From Lingula anatina (Eukaryota > Animalia > Brachiopoda): a stretch of DNA of 64,000 nucleotides. Positions 30,605-45,300 of the stretch are shown here, piece after piece. The position numbers and the translations under genes are program-made. Under the pieces are notes generated by a model that was not told where the DNA came from, made no database searches, and saw only the letters and a program-made list of their open reading frames with translations. The first letter of the stretch is position 1. Each line of letters starts with the position of its first letter. The DNA lies in contig CM120640.1 of the NCBI GenBank assembly GCA_051362555.1, forward strand, positions 30,151,967 to 30,215,966. Direction: 5' to 3'.

Positions 30605-33300
30605 ACAGGCTAGACACAGCAAAGAGAATATAAACAGACACATAGACATACAGTGAAAACACCATCACGCAGAGTAATAGTAATGATTACAAACAAATAG
30701 AGTGACAAAACTGACATAAACAGTGCTCACAATAAATACAAACATCAACAGTAACAACATCAACAAACACAGTAATCAAAATAAATACAAAGAAACACAG
30801 TCACAATACATTCATACACAGTGATCAGAATAAATTTTGACATGTACAGTGACAAAAGTATGATTCACCATAATAAGACTGAACAAAACGAAAAAGAGTG
30901 AAAACGAAGTTGTACACAGTCATCTCATAATGTACAAACATATTCAGTAACAATACAGAATAGACACAGCAGACAGAATATAAAGAGACACATAGAGATA
31001 CAGTGACAACACCATCATGCAGAGTAATAATAATGATTACAAACAAATAGAGTGACAAAACTGACATAAACAGTGCTCACAATAAATACAAACATCAACA
31101 GTAACAACAGCAACAAACACAGTAATAAAAATAAATGCAAACAAAAAGTCACAAAACAGACATACACAGCGATTAGAAAAAAAATTCACATGTACAGTGA
31201 GAACAGTAACATTCACCGTAATAAGAATGAACACAACGAAAAACAGTGAAAACGAAGTTGTACACAGTCATCTCATAATGTACAAACACATTCAGTAACA
31301 ATACAAAATAGACACAGCACACAGAATATAAAGAGACACAGAGATACACTGACAACACAATCGTGCGGAGTAATAGTAATGATTACAAACAAATAGAGTG
31401 ACAAAACTGACATACACAGTGCTCAAAATAAATACAAACACGAACAGTGACAACACAAACATGCACAGTAACCAAAATAAATAAAAACAAACACAGTAAA
31501 AATACAGACAAACACAGTAATTAGAAACAAATTTCACATGTACAGTGACAACAGAAACATTGACCGTAATAAGAATGAACACAACGAAAAAGAGTGAAAA
31601 CGAAGTTGCACACAGTCATCTCATAATGTACAAACACATTCAGTAACGATAAAGAATAGACACAGTAGACAATATAAAGAGACACAGAGATACAGTGACA
31701 ACACCATCATACAGAGAAATAGTAATGATTACATAGAAACAGTCACAATACAGACATGCATAGTGATCAGAATAAATTTTAACATGTACAGTGACCACTC
31801 AACCATGCATAGTAACAAGAATAAATTAAAACAAACAGTAAAAATATAGACAAACACAGAAATTAAAAACAAATTTCACTTGTACAGAGACAACAGTAAC
31901 ATTTGCCGTAATAAGAATGAACACAACGAAAAACAGTGAAAACGAAGTTGTACACAGTCATCTCATAATGTACAAACACATTCAGTAACAATACAGAATA
32001 GACACAGCAAAGAGAATATAAACAGACACATAGACATACAGTGAAAACACCATCACGCAGAGTAATAGTAATGATTACAAACAAATAGAGTGACAAAACT
32101 GACATAAACAGTGCTCACAATAAATACAAACATCAACAGTAACAACATCAACAAACACAGTAATCAAAATAAATACAAAGAAACACAGTCACAATACATT
32201 CATACACAGTGATCAGAATAAATTTTGACATGTACAGTGACAAAAGTATGATTCACCATAATAAGACTGAACAAAACGAAAAAGAGTGAAAACGAAGTTG
32301 TACACAGTCATCTCATAATGTACAAACATATTCAGTAACAATACAGAATAGACACAGCAGACAGAATATAAAGAGACACATAGAGATACAGTGACAACAC
32401 CATCATGCAGAGTAATAATAATGATTACAAACAAATAGAGTGACAAAACTGACATAAACAGTGCTCACAATAAATACAAACATCAACAGTAACAACAGCA
32501 ACAAACACAGTAATAAAAATAAATGCAAACAAAGTCACAAAACAGACATACACAGCGATTAGAAAAAAAATTCACATGTACAGTGAGAACAGTAATATTC
32601 ACCGTAATAAGAATGAACACAACGAAAAACAGTGAAAACGAAGTTGTACACAGTCATCTCATAATGTACAAACACATTCAGTAACAATACAGAATAGACA
32701 CAGCACACAGAATATAAAGAGACACAGAGATACACTGACAACACAATCGTGCAGAGTAATAGTAATGATTACAAACAAATAGAGTGACAAAACTGACATA
32801 CACAGTGCTCAAAATAAATACAAACACGAACAGTGACAACACAAACATGCACAGTAACCAAAATAAATAAAAACAAACACAGTAAAAATACAGACGAACA
32901 CAGTAATTAGAAACAAATTTCACATGTACAGTGACAACAGAAACATTTACCGTAATAAGAATGAACACAACGAAAAAGAGTGAAAACGAAGTTGTACACA
33001 GTCATCTCATAATGTACAAACACATTCAGTAACGATAAAGAATAGACACAGTAGACAATATAAAGAGACACAGAGATACAGTGACAACACCATCATACAG
33101 AGAAATAGTAATGATTACATAGAAACAGTCACAATACAGACATGCATAGTGATCAGAATAAATTTTAACATGTACAGTGACCACTCAACCATGCATAGTA
33201 ACAAGAATAAATTAAAACAAACACAGTAAAAATATAGACAAACACAGTAATTAGAAACAAATTTCACTTGTACAGTGACAACAGTAACATTTGCCGTAAT
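30480..33300. repeat. ~1,387-bp four-monomer HOR, about two copies
   Basis: Offsets 30825/32213 (1,388), and 31173/32559 and 31292/32678 (1,386). Shared variants AAAAGTATGATTC, CAGTAACGATAAAG and GACCACTCAACC. Confidence 0.85.
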
Positions 33301-36300
33301 AAGAATGAACACAACGAAAAACAGTGAAAACGAAGTCGTACAAAGTCATCTCATAATGTACAAACATATTCAGTAACAATACAGAATAGACACAGCACAC
33401 AGAATATAAAGAGACACAGAGATACACTGACAACACAATCATGCAGAGTAATAGTAATGATTACAAACAAATAGAGTGACAAAACTGACATACACAGTGC
33501 TCACAATAAATACAAACATGAACAGTAACAACACCAACAAACACAGTAATCAAAATAAATACAAACAAACACAGTCACAAAACAGAAACACAGTGATTAG
33601 AAAAAAATTTCACATGTACAGTGACAACAATGACATTTACCATAATGAGAATGAACACAAGGAAAAAGAGTAAAAAAATTTCAAACATAAAGGGACAACA
33701 GTAACATTCACCTTAATGACAATGAACTTAAGGTAAAAGAGTGAAAACGAAGTCGTAAACAGTCATCTCGATATGAACAAACATATTCAGTAATACTACA
33801 GAATAGAAACAGCAAACAGCATATATACAGACACACAGACATATATTGACAACACCATCATGCAGAGTAATGGTAATGATTACAAACAGAGTTAAAAAAC
33901 TGACATACACAGTGCTCACAATAAATACAAACACGAACAGTGACAACACAACATGCACAGTAACCAAAATAATAAAAACAAACACAGTAAAAATACAGAC
34001 AAAAACAGTAATTAGAAACAAATTTCACTTGTACAGTGACAACAGTAACATTTACTGTAATAAGAATGAACACAACGAAAAAGAGTGAAAACGAAGTTGT
34101 ACACAGTTATCTCATAATGTGCAAACACATTCAGTAACAATACAGAATAGACACAGCAGACAGAATATAAAGAGACACATAGAGATACAGTGACAACACC
34201 ATCGTACAGAGTAATAGTAATGATTACATACAAACACAGTCACAATACAGACATACACAGTGATCAGAATAAATTTTAACATGTATAGTGACCACACAAC
34301 CATGCATAGTAACAAGAATAAACACAAATTAATCGGGTGATTACACAGTCATACACAGTGATCACAATAAATAGAAACATCAACATAAAAAAAACTGACA
34401 TAAACAGTGGTCAAAATAAATATTAACAGGTACAGTGATAATAACATGCACAATAATCAAAATGAATACAAACAAACACAGTCACAATACAGACATACAC
34501 AGTGATCAGAATAAATTTTAATATGTCCAGTGACCACAGAACCATGCATAGTAACAAGAATAAACACAAATTAATCGGGTGATTACACAGTCATACACAG
34601 TGATCACAATATATATACAAACACATTCAATGACAATACCGAATGGAAACAGTGATCAGAGTATAAACAGACACATAAACTATAATGACAGTGACATCAC
34701 CAACATGCACAGTTAAAATAATGACTAAAAATAAATAAACAGACAAAACTGACATCCACATTGCTGACAATAGATATAAACACAAACAGTGCCAATGCTA
34801 AAATGCACAATGATCAAAATGACTACAAATAGAGTGACAAAACTGACATACACATTGCTCACAATAAATACAAACACGAACAGTGACAAAACAAACATAC
34901 ACAGTAATCAAAATAAATAAAAACAAGCACAGTCAAAAGACAGACATACACAATGATTAGAAAAAAAATCAAATGTACAGTGACAACAGTAACGTGCAAC
35001 ATAATGAGAACGAACACAACGAAAAAAAGTAAAAAACATAGCTGCACACAGTCATCACAGTATGTACAAACTCATTCAGTAACAATACAGAATAGACACA
35101 GCAAAGATAATGTAAACAGACACATAGACATACAGTGACAACACCATCATGGAGAGTGATAGTAATGATTACAAACAAATAGAGTGACAAAACTGACATA
35201 CACAGTACTCACAATAAATACAAACATCATCAGTAACAACAGCAACAAACACAGTAATCAAATTAAATGCAAACAAAAACAGTCACAAAACAGACATACA
35301 CAGTGATTAGAAAAAAAATTCACATGTACAGTGACAACAGTAACATTCACCGTAATAAGAATGAACACAACGAAAAACAGTGAAAACGAAGTTGTACACA
35401 GTCATCTCATAATGTACAAACATATTCAGTAACAATACAGAATAGACACAGCAGACAATATAAAGAGACACAGAGATACAGTGACAACACCATCATACAG
35501 AGAAATAGTAATGATTACATAGAAACACAGTCACAATACAGACATGCACAGTGATCAGAATAAATTTTAACATGTACAGTGACCACACAACCATGCATAG
35601 TAACAAGAATAAATAAAAACAAACACAGTAAAAATACAGACAAAAACAGTAATGAGAAACAAATTTCACTTGTACAGTGACAACAGTAACATTTACTGTA
35701 ATAAGAATGAACACAACGAAAAAGAGTGAAAACGAAGCTGTACACAGTTATCTCATAATGTGCAAACACATTCAGTAACAATACAGAATAGACACAGCAG
35801 ACAGAATATAAAGAGACACATAGAGATACAGTGACAACACCATCATACAGAGTAATAGTAATGATTACATACAAACACAGTCACAATACAGACATACACA
35901 GTGATCAGAATAAATTTTAACATGTATAGTGACCACACAACCATGCATAGTAACAAGAATAAACACAAATTAATCGGGTGATTACACAGTCATACACAGT
36001 GATCACAATAAATAGAAACATCAACATAAAAAAACTGACATAAACAGTGGTCAAAATAAATATTAACAGGTACAGTGATAATAACATGCACAATAATCAA
36101 AATGAATACAAACAAACACAGTCACAATACAGACATACACAGTGATCAGAATAAATTTTAATATGTCCAGTGACCACAGAACCATGCATAGTAACAAGAA
36201 TAAACACAAATTAATCGGATGATTACACAGTCATACACAGTGATCACAATATATATACAAACACATTCAATGACAATACAGAATGGAAACAGTGATCAGA

Positions 36301-39300
36301 GTATAAACAGACACATAAACTATAATGACAGTGACATCACCAACATGCACAGTTAAAATAATGACTAAAAATAAATAAACAGACAAAACTGACATCCACA
36401 TTGCTGACAATAGATATAAACACAAACAGTGCCAACGCTAAAATGCACAATGATCAAAATGACTACAAATAGAGTGACAAAACTGACATACACAGTGCTC
36501 ACAATAAATACAAACACGAACAGTGACAAAACAAACATGCACAGTAATCAAAATAAATAAAAACAAGCACAGTCAAAACACAGACATACACAATGATTAG
36601 AAAAAAAATTAAATATACAATGACAACAGTAACGTGCAACATAATGAGAACAAACACAACGAAAAAATGTAAAAAACATAGCTGCACACAGTCATCACAG
36701 TATGTACAAACTCATTCAGTAACAATACAGAATAGATACAGCAAACAGCATATAAACAGACACATAGACATACAGTGACAACACCATCATGGAGAGTAAT
36801 AGTAATGATTACAAACAAATAGAGTGACAAAACTGACATACACAGTGCTCACAATAAATACAAACATGAACAGTAACAACACCAACAAACACAGTAATCA
36901 AAATAAATACAAACAAACACAGTCACAAAACAGGAACACAGTGATTAGAAAAAAATTTCACAAGTACAGTGAAAACAATGACATTCACCATAATGAGAAT
37001 GAACACAAGGAAAAAGAGTAAAAAAATTTCAAACGTACAGGGACAACAGTAACATTCACCTTAATGACAAGAACACAAGGTAAAAGAGTGAAAACGAAAT
37101 CATAAACAGTCATCTCGATATGAACAAACACATTCAGTAACAATACAGAATAGAAACAGCAAACAGCATATAAACAGACACATAGACATATATTGACAAC
37201 ATCATCATGCAGAGTAATGATAATGATTACAAACAAATAAAGTTAAAAAACTGACATACACAGTGCTCACAATAAATACAAACACGAACAGTGACAACAC
37301 AAACATGCACAGTAACCAAAATAATAAAAACAAACACAGTAAAAATACAGACAAAAACAGTAATTAGAAACAAATTTCACTTGTACAGTGACAACAGTAA
37401 CATTTACCGTAATGAGAATGAACTCAACGAAAAACAGTAAAAAACAAAGTTGTACACAGTCATCTCATAATGTACAAACACATTCAGTAACAATACAGAA
37501 TAGACACAGCACACAGAATATAAACAGACACATAAACATAGTGACAACACCATCATGCACAATAATAGTAATGATTACAAACAAATAGAGTGACAAAACT
37601 GACATACACAGTGCTCACAATAAATACAAACATCAACAGTTACAACACCAACAAACACAGTAATCAAAAAAAAAAAAAAAATACAAACACAGTCACAAAA
37701 CAGAAACACAGTGATTAGAAAAAAATTTCACATGTACAGTGACAACAATGACATTTACCATAATAAGAATGAACACAAGGAAAAAGAGTAAAAAAATTTC
37801 AAATGTACAGGGACTACAGTAACATTCACCTTAATGACAATGAACTTAAGGTAAAAGAGTGAAAACGAAGTCGTAAACAGTCATCTCGATATGAACAAAC
37901 ACATTCAGTAATACTACAGAATAGAAACAGCAAACAGCATATAAACAGACACATAGACATATATTGACAACACCATCATGCAGAGTAATGGTAATGATTA
38001 CAAACAAATAGAGTTAAAAAACTGACATACACAGTGCTCACAATAAATACAAACACGAACAGTGACAACACAACATGCACAGTAACCAAAATAATAAAAA
38101 CAAACACAGTAAAAATACAGACAAAAACAGTAATTAGAAACAAATTTCACTTGTACAGTGACAACAGTAACATTTACTGTAATAAGAATGAACACAACGA
38201 AAAAGAGTGAAAACGAAGTTGTACACAGTTATCTCATAATGTGGAAACAAATTCAGTAACAATACAGAATAGACAGCAGACAGAATATAAAGAGACACAT
38301 AGAGATACAGTGACAACACCATCATACAGAGTAATAGTAATGATTACATACAAACACAGTCACAATACAGACATACACAGTGATCAGAATAAATTTTAAC
38401 ATGTATAGTGACCACACAACCATGCATAGTAACAAGAATAAACACAAATTAATCGGGTGATTACACAGTCATAGACAGTGATCACAATAAATAGAAACAT
38501 CAACATAAAAAAACTGACATAAACAGTGGTCAAAATAAATATTAACAGGTACAGTGATAATAACATGCACAATAATCAAAATGAATACAAACAAACACAG
38601 TCACAATAGACATACACAGTGATCAGAATAAATTTTGATATGTCCAGTGACCACAGAACCATGCATAGTAACAAGAATAAACAAAAATTAATCGGGTGAT
38701 TACACAGTCATACACAGTGATCACAATATATATACAAACACATTCAATGACAATACAGAATGGAAACAGTGATCAGAGTATAAACAGACACATAAACTAT
38801 AATGACAGTGACATCACCAACATGCACAGTTAAAATAATGACTAAAAATAAATAAACAGACAAACCTGACATCCACATTGCTGACAATAGATATAAACAC
38901 AAACAGTGCCAACGCTAAAATGCACAATGATCAAAATGACTACAAATAGAGTGACAAAACTGACATACACATTGCTCACAATAAATACAAACACGAACAG
39001 TGACAAAACAAACATGCACAGTAATCAAAATAAATAAAAACAAGCACAGTCAAAACACAGACATACACAATAATTAGAAAAAAAATTAAATGTACAATGA
39101 CAACAGTAACGTGCAACATAATGAGAACAAACACAACGAAAAAATGTAAAAAACATAGCTGCACACAGTCATCACAGTATGTACAAACACATTCAGTAAC
39201 AATACAGAATAGACACAGCAAACAGCATATAAACAGACACATAGACATACAGTGACAACACCATCATGGAGAGTAATAGTAATGATTACAAACAAATAGA

Positions 39301-42300
39301 GTAACAAAACTGACATACACAGTGCTCACAATAAATACAAACATGAAGAGTAACAACACTAACAAACACAGTAATCAAAATAAATACAAACAAACACAGT
39401 CACAAAACAGGAACACAGTGATTAGAAAAAAATTTCACAAGTACAGTGAAAACAATGACATTCACCATAATGAGAATGAACACAAGGAAAAAGAGTAAAA
39501 AAATTTCAAACATAAAGGGACAACAGTAACATTCACCTTAATGACAATGAACACAAGGTAAAAGAGTGAAAACGAAGTCGTAAACAGTCATCTCGATATG
39601 AACAAACACATTCAGTAACAATACAGAATAGAAACAGCAAACAGCATATAAACAGACACATAGACATACAGTGACAACACCATCACCATCAGTAATAGTA
39701 ATGATTACAAACAAATAGAGTGACAAAACTGACATACACAGTGCTCACAATAAATACAAACATCAACAGTAACAACACCAACAAACACAGTAATCAAAAT
39801 AAATACAAACAAACACAGTCACAAAACAGAAACACAGTGATTAGAAAAAAATTTCACAAGTACAGTGAAAACAATGACATTCACCATAATGAGAATGAAC
39901 ACAAGGAAAAAGAGTAAAAAAATTTCAAACATAAAGGGACAACAGTAACATTCACCTTAATGACAATGAACACAAGGTAAAAGAGTGAAAACGAAGTCGT
40001 AAACAGTCATTTCGATATGAACAAACACATTCAGTAACAATACAGAATAGAAACAGCACACAGCATATAAACAGACACATAGACATACAGTGAAAACACC
40101 ATCATGCAGAGTAATAGTAATGATTACAAACAAATACAGTAACAAAAGTGACATACACAGTGCTCACAATAAATACAAACATCAACAGTAACAACACCAA
40201 CAAACACATTAATCATAATATATAAAAATAAACACAGTCAAAATACAGATAAACACAGTGATTAGAAAAAATTTGACGTGTACAGTGACAACAGTAATGT
40301 TAACCATAATGGGAATGAACACAACGAAAAACAGTGAAAACGAAGTTGTACACAGTCATCTCATAATGTACAAACACATTCAGTAACAATACAGAATAGA
40401 CAAAGCAAACAGCATATAAAAAGACACATAGACATATAGTGACAACACCATCACGCAGAGTAATGGTAATGATTACAAACAAATAGAGTAAAAAAAACTG
40501 ACATACACTGTGCTCACAATAAATAGAAACATCAACATAAAAAAACTGACATAAACAGTGGTCAAAATAAATATTAACATGTACAGTGACAATAATAACA
40601 TGCACAATAATCAAAATTAATACAAACAAACAGTCACAATACAGACATACACAGTGATCAGAATAAATTTTAACATGTACAGTGACCACACAACCATGCA
40701 TAGTAACAAGAATAAACACAAATTAATCGGGTGATTACACAGTGATCACAATATATATACAAACACATTCAATGACAATACAGAACGGAAACAGTGATCA
40801 GAGTATAAACAGACACATAAACTATAATGACAGTGACAACACCAACATGCACAGTTAAAATAAAGACTAAAAATAAATAAACAGACAAAACTGACATCCA
40901 CATTGCTGACAATAGATATAAACACAAACAGTGCCAACGCTAAAATGCACAATGATCAAAATGACTACAAACAAATAGAGTGACAAAACTAACATACACA
41001 GTGCTCACAATAAATACAAACACGAACAGTGACAACACAAACATTCAAAGTAATCAAAATGAATAAAAACACAGATAAAAAAAAACAGATATTTGACAAA
41101 CACAGATAAATAGTGTTCGGAATTTTGCCGGTAGCGGCTGCTTTTATTGAAAGGTCCCTCTATTAAAGAATGGTGTTAGATATTATATAGCATTAAATAA
41201 TGATAATTAGTTAAAATTACGTAAACAAATAGAGTGACAAAACTGACATACACAGTGCTCACAATAAATACAAACATCAACAGTAACAACACCAACAAAC
41301 ACAGTAATCAAAATAAATACAAACAAACACAGTCACAAAACAGAAACACAGTGATTAGAAAAAAATTTCACAAATACAGTGAAAACAATGACATTCACCA
41401 TAATGAAAATGAACACAAGGAAAAAGAGTAAAAAAATTTCAAACGTACAGGGACGACAGTAACATTCACCTTAATGACAAGAACACAAGGTAAAAGAATG
41501 AAAACGAAATCGTAAACAGTCATCTCGATATGAACAAACACATTCAGTAACAATACAGAATAGAAACAGCAAACAGCATATAAACAGACACATAGACATA
41601 TATTGACAACACCATCATGCAGAGTAATGGTAATGATTACAAACAAATAGAGTTAAAAAACTGACATACACAGTGCTCACAATAAATACAAACATCAACA
41701 GTGACAACACAAACATGAAGAGAATATAAAGAGACACATAGAGATACAGTGACAACACCATCATGCAGAGGAATAGTAATGATTACATATAAACACAGTC
41801 ACAATACAGACATGCACAGTGATTAGAAAAAAATTTTGACATGTACAGTGACAACAGTAACATTTACCGTAATGTGAATGAACACAACGAAAAACAGTGA
41901 AAACAAAGTTGTACACAGTCATCTCATAATGTACAAACACATTCAGTAACAATACAGAATAGACACAGCAGACAGAATATAATGAGACACATAGAGATAC
42001 AGTGACAACACCATCATACAGAGAAATAGTAATGATTACATAGAAACACAGTCACAATACAGACAAACACAGTGATCAGAATAAATTTTAACATGTACAG
42101 TGACCACACAACCATGCATAGTAACAAGAATAAATTAAAACAAACACAGTAAAAATATAGACAAACACAGTAATTAGAAACAAATTTCACTTGTACAGTG
42201 ACAACAGTAACATTTGCCGTAATAAGAATGAACACAAGGAAAAACAGTGAAAACGAAGTTGTACACAGTCATCTCATAATGTACAAACACATTCAGTAAC

Positions 42301-45300
42301 AATACAGAATAGACACAGCAAAGAGAATATAAACAGACACAGACATACAGTGACAACACCATCACGCAGAGTAATAGTAATGATTACAAACAAATAGAGT
42401 GACAAAACTGACATAAACAGTGCTCACAATAAATACAAACATCAACAGTAACAACACCAACAAACACAGTAATCAAAATAAATGCAAACAAAAAGTCACA
42501 AAACAGACATACACAGCAATTAGAAAAAAAATTCACATGTACAGTGACAACAGTAACATTCACCGTATGAACACAACGAAAAACAGTGAAAACGAAGTTG
42601 TACACAGTCATCTCATAATGTACAAACACATTCAGTAACAATACAGAATAGACACACCACACAGAATATAAAGAGACACAGAGATACACTGACAACACAA
42701 TCATGCAGAGTAATAGTAATGGTTACAAACAAATACAGTGACAAAACTGACATACACAGTGCTCAAAATAAATACAAACACGAACAGTGACAACACAAAC
42801 ATGCACAGTAACCAAAATAAATAAAAACAAACACAGTAAAAATACACACAAATACAGTAATTAGAAACAAATTTCACTTGTACAGTGACAACAGTAACAT
42901 TTACTGTCATAAGAATGAACACAACGAAAAACAGTGAAAACGAAGTTGTACACAGTTATCTCATAATGTGGAAACACATTCAGTAACAATACAGAATAGA
43001 CACAGCAGACAGAATATAAAGAGACACATAGAGATACAGTGACAACACCATCATACAGAGTAATAGTAATGATTACATACAAACACAGTCACAATACAGA
43101 CATACACAGTGATCAGAATAAATTTTAACATGTATAGTGACCACACAACCATGCATAGTAACAAGAATAAACACAAATTAATCGGGTGATTACACAGTCA
43201 TACACAGTGATCACAATAAATAGAAACATCAACATAAAAAACTGACATAAACAGTGGTCAAAATAAATATTAACAGGTACAGTGATAATAACATGCACAA
43301 TAATCAAAATGAATACAAACAAACACAGTCACAATACAGACATACACAGTGATCAGAATAAATTTTAATATGTCCAGTGACCACAGAACCATGCATAGTA
43401 ACAAGAATAACCACAAATTAATCGGGTGATTACACAGTCATACACAGTGATCACAATATATATACAAACACATTCAATGACAATACCGAATGGAAACAGT
43501 GATCAGAGTATAAACAGACACATAAACTATAATGACAGTGACATCACCAACATGCACAGTTAAAATAATGACTAAAAATAAATAAACAGACAAAACTGAC
43601 ATCCACATTGCTGACAATAGATATAAACAAAAACAGTGCCAATGCTAAAATGCACAATGATCAAAATGACTACAAATAGAGTGACAAAACTGACATACAC
43701 ATTGCTCACAATAAATACAAACACGAACAGTGACAAAACAAACATACACAGTAATCAAAATAAATAAAAACAAGCACAGTCAAAAGACAGACATACACAA
43801 TGATTAGAAAAAAAATCAAATGTACAGTGACAACAGTAACGTGCAACATAATGAGAACGAACACAACGAAAAAAAGTAAAAAACATAGCTGCACACAGTC
43901 ATCACAGTATGTACAAACTCATTCAGTAACAATACAGAATAGACACACCAAAGATAATGTAAACAGACACATAGACATACAGTGACAACACCATCATGGA
44001 GAGTAATAGTAATGATTACAAACAAATAGAGTGACAAAACTGACATACACAGTACTCACAATAAATACAAACATCATCAGTAACAACAGCAACAAACACA
44101 GTAATCAAATTAAATGCAAACAAAAACAGTCACAAAACAGACATACACAGTGATTAGAAAAAAAATTCACATGTACAGTGACAACAGTAACATTCACCGT
44201 AATAAGAATGAACACAACGAAAAACAGTGAAAACGAAGTTGTACACAGTCATCTCATAATGTACAAACATATTCAGTAACAATACAGAATAGACACAGCA
44301 GACAGAATATAATGAGACACAGAGATACAGTGACAACACCATCATACAGAGAAATAGTAATGATTACATAGAAACACAGTCACAATACAGACATGCACAG
44401 TGATCAGAATAAATTTTAACATGTACAGTGACAACACAACCATGCATAGTAACAAGAATAAATAAAAACAAACACAGTAAAAATATAGACAAACACAGTA
44501 ATTAGAAACAAATTTCACATGTACAGTGACAACAGAAACATTTATTGTAATGAGAATGAACACAATGAAAAAGGAGTGAAAACAAAGTTGTACACAGTCA
44601 TCTCATAATGTACAAACACATTCAGTAACAATACAGAATAGACACAGCAAACAGCATATAAACAGACACATAAACATAGTGACAACACCATCACGCAGAG
44701 TAATAGTAATGATTACAAACAAATAGAGTGACAAAACTGACATAAACAGAACTCACAATAAATACAAACACGAACAGTGACAACACAAACATGCACAGTA
44801 ACCAAAATAATAAAAACAAACACAGTAAAAATACAGACAAACACAGTAATTAGAAACAAATTTCACTTGTACAGTGACAACAGTAACATTTACCGTAATG
44901 AGAATGAACACAACGAAAAACAGTGAAAACGAAGTTGTACACAGTCATCTCATAATGTACAAACACATTCAGTAACAATATAGAATAGACACAGCACACA
45001 GAATATAAACAGACACATAAACATAGTGACAACACCATCACGCAGAGTAATAGTAATGATTACAAACAAATAGAGTGACAAAACTGACATAAACAGTGCT
45101 CACAATAAATACAAACATCAACAGTAACAACACCAACAAACACAGTAATCAAAATAAATACAAAGAAACACAGTCACAATACATTCATACACAGTGATCA
45201 GAATAAATTTTGACATGTACAGTGACAAAAGTAAGATTCACCATAATAAGACTGAACAAAACGAAAAAGAGTGAAAACGAAGTTGTACACAGTCATCTCA

